A stretch of 64,000 bases of DNA from positions 3,936,001 through 4,000,000 of the forward strand of contig OZ241917.1 of the NCBI GenBank assembly GCA_965203805.1, read 5' to 3'. The notes under the pieces were generated by a model. It did not search any database. It was not told where the DNA came from and worked only from the letters and a program-made list of their open reading frames with translations. How positions within the stretch are numbered: position 1 is the first letter of the stretch; the number at the start of each line of letters is the position of its first letter. Both the position numbers and the translations under genes were made by a program. Shown in pieces: positions 10,245 to 19,545 of this stretch. The stretch comes from Candidatus Latescibacterota bacterium (lineage in GTDB: Bacteria; Latescibacterota; UBA2968; GCA-2709665).

Positions 10245-10373
10245 ATCAAGCGACGAAAGATACGTGGTTTCTTCCCGGTTGTCTGCGACGTACCTGGGCT
10301 CTCCGAGATTCGAGTCCCTTCCCGGGATTCCCGTGCCTTTTCGCGTTAAGCGGTTTAAAGGAGCCGTGGAGAC

Positions 10374-11405
10374 ATGAGACGGAATACGTTCTCGCTGATA
10401 TTCGCCGTTCTGGGTATGCTGAGCGTGTACCAGCTTCTGATAGCGCAGTCTCGCAACCCCGATTTCGACGCCAACGGAATCGTGGATTTTGGGGATTTCA
10501 TTTTGTTCGCGCAGGCCTTCGGGTCGAATCAATCCCAATTCGACCTCGATGGCAGCAAAAGGGTGGATTTTCCGGATTTCATCCTCTTTGCCAAGCGCTT
10601 CGGGGAGGGTATGCCTGAAGAGAAGATTACGGTTACGCTTCCGGGAGGCGCAATGCTGGAGATGGTGTGGATCCAACCGGGCAGGTTCCTGATGGGTTCG
10701 CCTCTTACAGAAGGAGAACGAGATGACGACGAGGGTCCCCAACATGAAGTCACGATCACGAAGGGGTACTATCTAGGCAAATACGAAGTGACGCAGGCAC
10801 AGTGGGAAAACGTGGTAAACACACGTCCGTGGCTAGTGGGATCGACTTCCGAGGTAGCAGGGAGAGAAAACTTTCCGGCAAATAGAATGCGCTGGCACGA
10901 AGTCCAGACATTTTTCCAAAGATTGAACGAATTGGAAGGAACTGATGTCTACCGACTACCGACGGAGGCGGAGTGGGAATACGCATGCAGGGCTGGCACC
11001 ACGACTCCGTGGTCATTTGGAGCAGACTCGTCTCGTATTGCCGATTACGCGCGATATTATGAGAACTCCCGTTCGTCAGTCGTCCTTGAAGACGGGCGCA
11101 CAGTCTACGGAAGCCCAGAGGTACAGGAAACCGGGGGCGGATTCCCGAACCCGTGGGGCCTGTACGATATGCACGGGAATGTAAGGGAGCTCGTGCAGGA
11201 TTACTATGGACCGTATTTGGAAGCGCCACAGGTTGATCCCCAAGGGCCCGACGGCCCCTCTGGAAGACGATTTCCACAATACAGTCACGTCGAAAGAGGA
11301 GGTTCTGGTTTCGACCGCCCAGTGGGGATAAGGTCGGCTGCACGATCCCTCGGTTGGATACCCAATGCCTTCACCGGGTTTCGCGTTGTGATGGAACATC
11401 GATAG
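10374..11405 (+). CDS. Dockerin-like + FGE-sulfatase domain protein, copy 3
   Basis: Same motifs. Upstream region nearly identical to that of copy 2. Confidence 0.9.
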   Translation: MRRNTFSLIFAVLGMLSVYQLLIAQSRNPDFDANGIVDFGDFILFAQAFGSNQSQFDLDGSKRVDFPDFILFAKRFGEGMPEEKITVTLPGGAMLEMVWIQPGRFLMGSPLTEGERDDDEGPQHEVTITKGYYLGKYEVTQAQWENVVNTRPWLVGSTSEVAGRENFPANRMRWHEVQTFFQRLNELEGTDVYRLPTEAEWEYACRAGTTTPWSFGADSSRIADYARYYENSRSSVVLEDGRTVYGSPEVQETGGGFPNPWGLYDMHGNVRELVQDYYGPYLEAPQVDPQGPDGPSGRRFPQYSHVERGGSGFDRPVGIRSAARSLGWIPNAFTGFRVVMEHR

Positions 11406-11533
11406 ATCAAGCGACGAAAGATACGAGGTTTCTTCCGGGTTGTCTGCGACGTACAGGGGCGCTCGGCGATTCGAGTCCCGCCCGCGATTCGGTGGCCGTT
11501 TCGGGATAAGCAGTTAAACGGAGCCGTGGAACC

Positions 11534-12565
11534 ATGAAACGAAAGTCGATCACGCTGATATTCGCCGTTGTGGGAATGCTGAGCGTGTACCAGCTTCTGA
11601 TAGCCCAGTCTCGAGATGCCGACTTCGATGCCAACGGAATCGTGGACTTCGGGGATTTCATCCTGTTCGCGCAGGCGTTCGGGTCGGATCAATCTCAATT
11701 CGATCTCGACGGTAGCGGAAGCGTCGATTTTCCGGATTTTATCCTGTTTGCGAAGCAATTTGGTGAGGGTCCGCCGGAAGAGGATATTACAGTGACCCTA
11801 CCTGACGGCGCAAAGCTGGAGATGGTCTGGATCCAACCCGGGAGGTTTCTGATGGGATCGCCCGATTCTGAGTCGGGTCGGTATGACGACGAGGGTCCCC
11901 AGCATGAAGTCACGATCACGAAGGGGTTCTACCTGGGCAAGTACGAAGTCACACGAGCGCAATGGGAGGGAGTCATGCACACACGGCCGTGGGCTTGGGC
12001 CGGCACTTTCGAAGATCCCAAGAAAGCCAAGTATCCAGCCGTCAACGTGGCCTGGCGAGCAGTTGAGACGTTCATTCGTAGATTAAACGAATCGGAAGGA
12101 AGGGAAATTTTCCGATTGCCCACGGAGGCGGAGTGGGAATACGCGTGCAGGGCTGGTACGACAACCCGCTGGTCGTTCGGGGAGGATTCGACCCGTATCG
12201 CGGATTACGCACGTTATAACGAAAACTCGCGGGCCGTGATCGTCAGAGATGACGGTAGCATAGCGTATGGAAGCCCGGAGGCACAGGAGACGGGTAGCGT
12301 CTTTCCGAACCCCTGGGGGCTATACGATATGCACGGGAACGCACGTGAGTGGGTGCAGGATTTCTATGGTCCGTATTCGGCACAGCCCCAAACTGATCCC
12401 ACGGGTCCAGAGTGGCCAACCGAAGGAAACGCACCGCAAGATAGCCACGTCGAGCGAGGGGGAGGATACAACGACCGCCCCGGATCGGTACGGTCTGCTG
12501 TCCGTTATCGCGGCTTGGGGCAGAGTATCCTAACTGGTTTTCGTGTGGTGATGGAACATCGATAG
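11534..12565 (+). CDS. Dockerin-like + FGE-sulfatase domain protein, copy 4
   Basis: Same motifs, MKRKSITL leader. Confidence 0.9.
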   Translation: MKRKSITLIFAVVGMLSVYQLLIAQSRDADFDANGIVDFGDFILFAQAFGSDQSQFDLDGSGSVDFPDFILFAKQFGEGPPEEDITVTLPDGAKLEMVWIQPGRFLMGSPDSESGRYDDEGPQHEVTITKGFYLGKYEVTRAQWEGVMHTRPWAWAGTFEDPKKAKYPAVNVAWRAVETFIRRLNESEGREIFRLPTEAEWEYACRAGTTTRWSFGEDSTRIADYARYNENSRAVIVRDDGSIAYGSPEAQETGSVFPNPWGLYDMHGNAREWVQDFYGPYSAQPQTDPTGPEWPTEGNAPQDSHVERGGGYNDRPGSVRSAVRYRGLGQSILTGFRVVMEHR

Positions 12566-12693
12566 ATCAAGCGACGAAAGATACGAGGTTTCTTCCGGGT
12601 TGTCTTCGACGTACAGGGGCGCTCGGAGATTCGAGTCCCGCCCGCGATTCGGTGGCCGTTTCGGGATAAGCAGTTAAACGGAGCCGTGGAGCC

Positions 12694-13734
12694 ATGAAAC
12701 GAAAGTCGATCACGCTGATATTCGCCGTTGTGGGTATGCTGAGCGTGTACCAGCTTCTGATAGCCCAGTCTCGAGATGCCGACTTCGATGCCAACGGAAT
12801 CGTGGATTTTGGGGATTTCATTTTGTTCGCGCAGGCCTTCGGGTCGAATCAATCCCAATTCGACCTCGATGGCAGCAAAAGGGTGGATTTTCCGGATTTC
12901 ATCCTCTTTGCCAAGCGCTTCGGGGAGGGTATGCCTGAAGAGAAGATTACGGTTACGCTTCCGGGAGGCGCAATGCTGGAGATGGTGTGGATCCAACCGG
13001 GCAGGTTCCTGATGGGTTCGCCTCTTACAGAACGAGAACGAGATGACGACGAGGGTCCCCAACATGAAGTCACGATCACGAAGGGGTACTATCTAGGCAA
13101 ATACGAAGTCACGCAGGCGCAGTGGGAGAGCGTGATGCATACCCGGCCTTGGGCGAGGTTCGGAGCATCTGGTGATTCAAAAAAAGCGAACTTTCCGGCT
13201 TTCTACATGGAATGGAGGGAGGTACAGTCGTTTTTACGCAGATTGAACGAGAATGAGGGGAGGGAGGTTTTCCGATTGCCGACGGAGGCGGAGTGGGAAT
13301 ATGCGTGTAGGGCTGGCACGAAAACAACATGGTCGTTTGGAGAAGATGAGAGTCAGCTAGACAGTTACGCGCGCTATTACGAAAACTCACGGAGCGCCAC
13401 GGTTCTGGAGAACGGGATTATCGTGTACGGAAACAGAGAGCCCCAGGAAACAGGCGGCGCTTTTGCGAATCCGTGGGGTCTTTACGATATGCACGGAAAC
13501 GTATGGGAGTGGGTGCAGGATGTTTATGGCACGTATTCGGAACAGGCGCAGACCGATCCAACAGGACCTGATCATCCTTCTCACTCTGAATTGTCCGGGT
13601 ACACATATCCTGACGGATATATAGTTATAAGAGGGGGTTCCTATTTGGATGACGCCCAGGAAGTTCGGTCTGCTGTACGTAGGAGTGGTACACGTAGCCG
13701 CACTGGGTTTCGTGTGCTTATGGAACACCGATAG
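12694..13734 (+). CDS. Dockerin-like + FGE-sulfatase domain protein, copy 5
   Basis: Same motifs. Leader matches copy 4 and the next ~320 bp match copy 3. Confidence 0.9.
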   Translation: MKRKSITLIFAVVGMLSVYQLLIAQSRDADFDANGIVDFGDFILFAQAFGSNQSQFDLDGSKRVDFPDFILFAKRFGEGMPEEKITVTLPGGAMLEMVWIQPGRFLMGSPLTERERDDDEGPQHEVTITKGYYLGKYEVTQAQWESVMHTRPWARFGASGDSKKANFPAFYMEWREVQSFLRRLNENEGREVFRLPTEAEWEYACRAGTKTTWSFGEDESQLDSYARYYENSRSATVLENGIIVYGNREPQETGGAFANPWGLYDMHGNVWEWVQDVYGTYSEQAQTDPTGPDHPSHSELSGYTYPDGYIVIRGGSYLDDAQEVRSAVRRSGTRSRTGFRVLMEHR

Positions 13735-13862
13735 ATCGTACGTAGGTGGATACGCGGTCATTCTTAAGCAGATTCTCGTTGGCCAAATGTCCTGAAGTAT
13801 TGTGCTTCAGGATGTTCTTTTCGCAAGTTGTACCCGGGATAGGCCAAATGGCCGATTCGAAC

Positions 13863-16800
13863 ATGCAAATCAACCGAAAGACCGCCCGGATGGCTCCCGG
13901 TTCCGGTCTGGCGGTTGTGACGGTATTGCTTGTCGCAACGCTGCTATGCCCTCGGCCCTCCTCGTCAGCGGAGGTTCGCCCCGTGTTGTCTCCAGCCGAC
14001 CGGATGCGCGCCTGGGCCGTCCAACGCGGCGAACGGAGGGCATTGCTGACGGAAATATGGGTGTCGCGAGACGGCGGCGCCAGTCGCGAAAGGATCAGGA
14101 CCTACCCCGGCGCCGCGGGCACCCTGGAATTCCTGCCGGATGCCAGCGCTCTGGTCTATCTCGAACGGAGCCTCAGATATCCCGCCTTCGGATCGTACCT
14201 CGCGGGCGGCCGCACCCTGCCGATTGTCAAGAACCGTATCTGGCTCGTCAACGCCGACGGTTCGGACGAGTCTCGCTGGCCGCTTCCTCCCGAACTCAAT
14301 CCGTCGGACGTTGCCGTCTCGCCTGACGGTAATTTTCTCGCGGTGCGAGGCGAGTGGGACGCCTCGGTGGACTGGGGTCAGCCCGGGCTATGGACGGCGG
14401 ACCGAACGGGAAAGACAACGCAACTCTTGAAACTCAGGACAACCGGCAACCTGCGGTGGTCTCGTGACGGAGCGAAGGTCTACTTCGTCGCGAGCGATAC
14501 GACGCCTGAAGAAATGAAGTTCGTACACGTGGAGACCGGCCTGGTGGACACGGAGACCGCCTCCGAAGTGGCCGGCATTCCTGTTGTCCCCGGGTCGGCG
14601 GCGCCCGGTTTCGACACCACGCTGTCCGCCGGCGAACAGGTCTCGCTGCAGCGGGCGCTTGGCGCGCTTCAAAGAGGATTGATTCGATACAGCCGGATGA
14701 ACTCGGCCGCGCATAGGGCGGACCGGCACAGGGAGAAGGACGCGCGAAAGGCCGTGGAGCGGATGTTCGAGGCTCTCCACAAGCGCCACAAGAAACTCGG
14801 CATCTCTAGAGCAAGTTGCCTTGCGTACGTGGCGACGCTGCGCGAACAGCAACTTCGACCGAAGACCGCCGCAAATGAACGTGTCTGCCTGGAACACATG
14901 CTCGTGTTGAACGACCTGGCGCGCGGGTACGCGAAAAAACACGACGCACTTCCTCCAGGCCACGCCACCCTCCAGGATTGGGTAAAACACAAAGCCGAAA
15001 TGCAGGCTACCAGCGAAGCGGAGCGCGAGAGAGACGCGGAAGTCCTCGACATTCTCTTCAGCTGTCCTGCAATTTCAGAATCGGACCCGCAGGTCAAGTA
15101 TCTCTACAGACCCCAGGCCGCGCCCGGCAGGCCGGTCCTGGCCTGTTTCTGGCATCGGGACCGGTATCTCCACCTGACGGAAACGGCAGACGACCGGCGG
15201 CTTGAAGCCGAGGACATGCGTTCCGATACGGTCGACTCTCTCTTCGCCGTCGTGCTGGAGCACACCCGGGAGGACCGGCTCAAGGAGGCGGCGGCCCTGT
15301 TCCGGCTTGTGGCCGTCCAGCGGCCGAAGGATGCGCCCCTCCACATTGAATTGGGACATGCGTACCACGAGGCGGAAGACTACGAGCGCGCGATGTGGGC
15401 CTTCAAGAAAGCCATCTCGCTACAGGGCGGCGCCAGAGCCTATTACGGGGTGGGCCTGGTGTATGCGGAACTTCCGAAGGAACGCAACCTGGCCATCCAC
15501 TATTTCCAGGAGGCGCTCGCCCGGGACCACGGGTACGTGGACGCCAGATATCAGATCGCCAGAATGCGATACCTGATGAATGAATACGACGTGGGCCGCG
15601 CGGTCGACCGGGTGCTGGAACTCGACCCGAACTACGCGGACGCATTCCGTCTGATGGGCAATTGGCACGCCGACTTCTGGAAGGACTACGAACAGGCCAT
15701 CATCTGGTACACCCGCTACATGGCGCTGCGACCCGGCGATTCCAGCCTTCGCAGCCGGTTGGGCATTGCGTACCTGATGATTGAAGACTACGACAAAATC
15801 ATGGCGAAGTTGCTGGGTTTCGTGGAGCAGAATCCGGATGCGATTGAACTCATGCCCATCGTGGCCCAGGCATCGATGAAACAGGAAAAGCCGGACATGG
15901 CGATGGAGTTTTTTCAGGACTACGTTTCGAAACTCCCCGCCGAAGAGAGGTTATTGTACGAAGATATCCGGCTTGTTTCGTCGTCCGAGGAAATTGATGA
16001 GTATAGAGATACTCCCGAGCCCGAACGCGCCGCGTACCTGAAACGGTTCTGGAACGACCGGGATCCGGACCTGTCCACGCCGGTAAACGAGCGCCTTCTG
16101 GAACATTACCGGCGCGTCTGGCACGCGCTCACGGAGTTCTCGGAGAACAAGCAGCCCTGGGACGTCAGAGGCGAGGTATATATCCGTTTCGGAGAACCGG
16201 ACCACCGGTCCAGGTCGGATCAACCCAACTACCGGCAGAGCCTCGCGGTCCAGCGGGTAAAGGAACGTCTGGCCGCGGGCATCTACGGCGCCGACGCAAT
16301 GGAGGCGACGTTTATGGGGCCGGTCTTTCCCATACGCGGCAAGCGGCGACTGGAAGGGTCCTGGTACGAGTTTCCCGACCCGGAGACGCCGAGATTCAGT
16401 CAGACGGGAGCAGGCGCGTCTGATGCGGGCGGGGGCCAAGAAGGTGGGGGCGATGCCTCTTTTGTGGGCGGCGGGGTGAGCGAAGCTGTACCGTCTGAGG
16501 ACGTCATGGATACGGTTAGGCTGGGAACCCTGCCTATGGACAAACGGCTGGGGTTCGGCAACTACCATCCGGTCACGTCGGGTGAAGACATGAGCACCAT
16601 CCCGTGGGAAACATGGATCTACACGGACGTGGGCGGCGGCATTGAAATCACGTTTACGGACGAATTCGGCGCCGGGACGTACGAATACGCCCCCATGCCG
16701 CCCAACCGGGGGGACATAGAGCTCCGGCAGACCGCAAAGTTGAGAACTCACTCTCCAAGAGAGGTCTACAAGAGAGCCGCGCGAGTAGCACCCAATTACT

Positions 16801-17636
16801 ATGCGCCCGAAGAGGAAGCGCCGCCGCTGGATTTCCACTATTCGCTGGCTGACTTCAAGGGCGAAGATGGCCGCAGCCTCCTGGAAATCTACTACGGCGT
16901 CCCTATCCTCCCTGCCCACTACAATTCGGAAGAGGACGTGACGCGGCAGGTACTCACGCATCACGCAGCGCTGATTTCATCGTCGCTGGACACGGTCTAC
17001 CGGCAATCGGACGGGATGACCTACGAAGCCGCCGGCAACCTGGCCGGAGAGGGTATCCAGGTCCCCGGTGTGCTGAAGCTGAACCTGCCGCCCGGCGCCT
17101 ACCGGCTGGAGGTGAGGTCGCAGGACCGGCTCAGGGGCCGCGCGGGCGCCTATCGACAGCACGTTGTCGTGGAGCCGTACGGCGACGATCGGCTGCAGAT
17201 GAGCGACCTGGAACTGGCCTGGCGGGTCGTCCGTGACGAAGGTGACGTCAGGTTTACGAAGGGCGATCTGTACGTCGTGCCGATGCCATCCCGAACCTAT
17301 AAAAAGGGACAGAGCGTCTTCGTCTACTACGAAATCTATAACCTGGCGAAGGACGAGTTCGGGCAGACGGATTACAATGTTTCATATACGATCACGTCCG
17401 CGGACGCACCCGTCACAATGAGCAACATCTCGCGCCTGTTCCGGTGGGATAGCGGCAAGAGAGAAGAACTGGCCGTCACGTACGAACAGCAGGGGGAGAC
17501 CGCGAAGGAAGTCGAATACGTCGAATTGGACCTCGCCGAGCAGATACCGGGTCGATATACGCTGAAGGTAACGATCAACGACAGGAACAGCGGCCAATTG
17601 GCGGAGAAAGACGCGGTCTTCGTCATTGCGCGATAG
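13863..17636 (+). CDS. Long-class TPR + GWxTD-type protein
   Basis: Part of ORF 13746..17636. Start uncertain (13848, 13863 or 13890). Signal LAVVTVLLVATLLC, TEIWV..RTYPG region, pilin-like segment, TPRs, PWDVRGEVYIRFGEPD, ends KDAVFVIAR. Confidence 0.85.
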   Translation: MQINRKTARMAPGSGLAVVTVLLVATLLCPRPSSSAEVRPVLSPADRMRAWAVQRGERRALLTEIWVSRDGGASRERIRTYPGAAGTLEFLPDASALVYLERSLRYPAFGSYLAGGRTLPIVKNRIWLVNADGSDESRWPLPPELNPSDVAVSPDGNFLAVRGEWDASVDWGQPGLWTADRTGKTTQLLKLRTTGNLRWSRDGAKVYFVASDTTPEEMKFVHVETGLVDTETASEVAGIPVVPGSAAPGFDTTLSAGEQVSLQRALGALQRGLIRYSRMNSAAHRADRHREKDARKAVERMFEALHKRHKKLGISRASCLAYVATLREQQLRPKTAANERVCLEHMLVLNDLARGYAKKHDALPPGHATLQDWVKHKAEMQATSEAERERDAEVLDILFSCPAISESDPQVKYLYRPQAAPGRPVLACFWHRDRYLHLTETADDRRLEAEDMRSDTVDSLFAVVLEHTREDRLKEAAALFRLVAVQRPKDAPLHIELGHAYHEAEDYERAMWAFKKAISLQGGARAYYGVGLVYAELPKERNLAIHYFQEALARDHGYVDARYQIARMRYLMNEYDVGRAVDRVLELDPNYADAFRLMGNWHADFWKDYEQAIIWYTRYMALRPGDSSLRSRLGIAYLMIEDYDKIMAKLLGFVEQNPDAIELMPIVAQASMKQEKPDMAMEFFQDYVSKLPAEERLLYEDIRLVSSSEEIDEYRDTPEPERAAYLKRFWNDRDPDLSTPVNERLLEHYRRVWHALTEFSENKQPWDVRGEVYIRFGEPDHRSRSDQPNYRQSLAVQRVKERLAAGIYGADAMEATFMGPVFPIRGKRRLEGSWYEFPDPETPRFSQTGAGASDAGGGQEGGGDASFVGGGVSEAVPSEDVMDTVRLGTLPMDKRLGFGNYHPVTSGEDMSTIPWETWIYTDVGGGIEITFTDEFGAGTYEYAPMPPNRGDIELRQTAKLRTHSPREVYKRAARVAPNYYAPEEEAPPLDFHYSLADFKGEDGRSLLEIYYGVPILPAHYNSEEDVTRQVLTHHAALISSSLDTVYRQSDGMTYEAAGNLAGEGIQVPGVLKLNLPPGAYRLEVRSQDRLRGRAGAYRQHVVVEPYGDDRLQMSDLELAWRVVRDEGDVRFTKGDLYVVPMPSRTYKKGQSVFVYYEIYNLAKDEFGQTDYNVSYTITSADAPVTMSNISRLFRWDSGKREELAVTYEQQGETAKEVEYVELDLAEQIPGRYTLKVTINDRNSGQLAEKDAVFVIAR

Positions 17637-17740
17637 GATTGTCGATTTAGTGAAGGTCGATGGAAGTGCCGCGGTGTTCAACCACAGGTTGCCAAACCGT
17701 ATTCCAGAGTCTGAGATCAGCAGACGACGTGAGGCAGAAG

Positions 17741-19300
17741 ATGGGTCATCTAAAACGACACAGGGCATGGGGTTTCAATATCTGGCTGATCATAATAATC
17801 GGCGCCTGCGCCAGCTGCAGCGACAAGGGTACGCCACAGGGCCCGGCGCCATCCCAGGGCCCGGCTCAGTCGAGCACGTCTATCAGTCTCTCCCTCGGCG
17901 ATGTCAATCTGACGATGCGGGAAATTGTCTCACAGCACGATGACATGCGGGCGCTGCGACCCGCAGTGGATATTGCACAGGACATCCGGGTGACTCTGCA
18001 GGATAGCCTCATGATCTTTCCGCTTCCGGATTCGGGTTGGGGAGGCAGGCAGGAAAGTACGGGGTGGACGACGTCGTTTGTTACGATCAAATTAAAGCCT
18101 ACCCGGCTCGAAGTCGTCGAGACTCAGATCTTATCAGGGGAAATGCGTTTTGACATGCACAACAATATGCCGGAAAACGTACGGATAAAGCTGTATTTCG
18201 ATGACATCAAAAGGAACGAGGTCATAAACGTGTCCGATGTCATTCCTGCCAACTCCGTCAAGACTGTTCGATTACCCTTGGGAGGGACTGTCTTCAGACC
18301 TCAATTGAGTTCCAGCGGAAGCGATTTCATTAACAACATTTCAGGAAATATGGACGTAGAAACGACAGGCCTTCGTCTGCTCAGCGAACGGATGGTGGAT
18401 TGGTACTACGTTCCATCTCCAATCGCATTCAATACGCTGACGGGCCGTATCGTCGATATGCGAATCCCGTTTCAAACCGGACCTGTAGAGGTCTCGTTGC
18501 CACCGGACTTCCAGGGGATACAGTCTGCGACACTCGAGATCAATCTCGCCAATGGAATTATATTCTCGAAGGAATTGAACTTGACCCTTGTTGCTCGCGA
18601 GGATACGACCGGCGGGAGGTCCATGTCCCTGGATTTGCCCGAGGAACTTCGCCCACTCGTCGAAGGAAACCCCGATAATCCCGTGCTTGCGTCGCTTCGT
18701 CTCGACGAAACGAACTCCAACATTGTTGAGTTGCTTAACCTGAAGCCTGAAGTCATTGAAATCAACGGAGACATTCTCCTGGGCGGTGTCAGCCAGTCGG
18801 CGGTAAGGCGGACGGACGGCATCGATATTCAGGTGGCCATTCGCTCGCCGCTGGAAGCCGCATTCGAGGAACATACAGCAGTCTCCGAACCGAAAAACAT
18901 CAGTGTCAACACAGTCACCAGAGGAAGAATCGCGAAAGCCACGGTTGGAACACTCACTCTGGATTTCGCCAATGGTCTGCCCATTGGTGTCGGAGTCCGT
19001 GTTCTTTTGGGCACAGACGCCGAACGGCTCCTGGAGTCTCCGGCATTGAGGGTCCCTCGTGAGGGCGACATTACCGTTGGCGCGGCGCCGGTTGACGCTG
19101 CCACTGGCCTGGTCAGAGAACCCGCGGTTCACAGCGAACAGGTGACGCTCACGGCGGCAGAGGCGGCTTTGTTTTCCAGGTCGGGCCTCAAATCCCTGAT
19201 GGTGATCAAGACGGGATCCACGAACGGCCGCAAAATTCGCATCGTGGATAGCGATGCCGTCAAGATGTCTGTTCAGGCCAGGATACAAGTCACCGAATAG
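17741..19300 (+). CDS. Hypothetical lipoprotein, probably beta-rich
   Basis: Part of ORF 17660..19300. Hydrophobic stretch and lipobox-like IIIGACASC followed by a Pro/Ser/Gln linker. No recognised catalytic motif. Confidence 0.6.
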   Translation: MGHLKRHRAWGFNIWLIIIIGACASCSDKGTPQGPAPSQGPAQSSTSISLSLGDVNLTMREIVSQHDDMRALRPAVDIAQDIRVTLQDSLMIFPLPDSGWGGRQESTGWTTSFVTIKLKPTRLEVVETQILSGEMRFDMHNNMPENVRIKLYFDDIKRNEVINVSDVIPANSVKTVRLPLGGTVFRPQLSSSGSDFINNISGNMDVETTGLRLLSERMVDWYYVPSPIAFNTLTGRIVDMRIPFQTGPVEVSLPPDFQGIQSATLEINLANGIIFSKELNLTLVAREDTTGGRSMSLDLPEELRPLVEGNPDNPVLASLRLDETNSNIVELLNLKPEVIEINGDILLGGVSQSAVRRTDGIDIQVAIRSPLEAAFEEHTAVSEPKNISVNTVTRGRIAKATVGTLTLDFANGLPIGVGVRVLLGTDAERLLESPALRVPREGDITVGAAPVDAATGLVREPAVHSEQVTLTAAEAALFSRSGLKSLMVIKTGSTNGRKIRIVDSDAVKMSVQARIQVTE

Positions 19301-19404
19301 CAATCGCGGGAATGCGCAAACCGCAAACAGATTTGCAGAGAATTCTTGTAGCAGGAAGTAGGCCGGAAAACCCATTCCAGGTCTGCTTTGAGGACGGAGT
19401 ACAT

Positions 19405-19530
19405 ATTACAGAGAGCACTCTGCAGTTTACACTATTACACACCCTGGCTCCCTGAGCCGCTCCCTGAGCTTGTCGAAGGGTCGGCGAAGGGTCAAAAAAG
19501 CACCGAAACACGGGTGCCTCGACAAGCTCA
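19405..19530. repeat. Intergenic leader repeat containing a REP-like palindrome (CCTGAGCTTGTCGAAG...CGACAAGCTC)
   Basis: Similar to 27254-27409. The arms GAGCTTGTCGA and TCGACAAGCTC are reverse complements. Confidence 0.7.
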
Positions 19531-19545
19531 TCTAACGGAGGGTCT

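Larger units (their letters stand above)
9125..13737 (+). repeat. Tandem gene-sized repeat with about 1160 bp period, including conserved intergenic spacers
   Basis: Gene starts at 9213, 10374, 11534, 12694 (spacings 1161, 1160, 1160). The spacer GATAGATCAAGCGACGAAAGATACG...GATTCGAGTCCC...GGAGCCGTGGA recurs between copies. Confidence 0.9.

Noticed and set aside
10245-10373. Spacer repeats as a CRISPR array or tRNA (GATTCGAGTCCC resembles a T-loop)
   Set aside because: The repeats are separated by whole genes, no cas genes are present, and no cloverleaf or anticodon arm can be built.
7939-13734. Diversity-generating retroelement acting on the FGE/CLec genes
   Set aside because: No reverse transcriptase, Avd or template repeat is visible in the window. 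Differences between the 3' ends of copies 2 and 3 involve all bases, including synonymous sites, rather than being adenine-specific. A remote DGR is not excluded.
19412-19440. CIRCE (HrcA) element suggested by AGCACTC
   Set aside because: Only a partial left arm, with no GAGTGCTAA arm 9 bp downstream in either copy.
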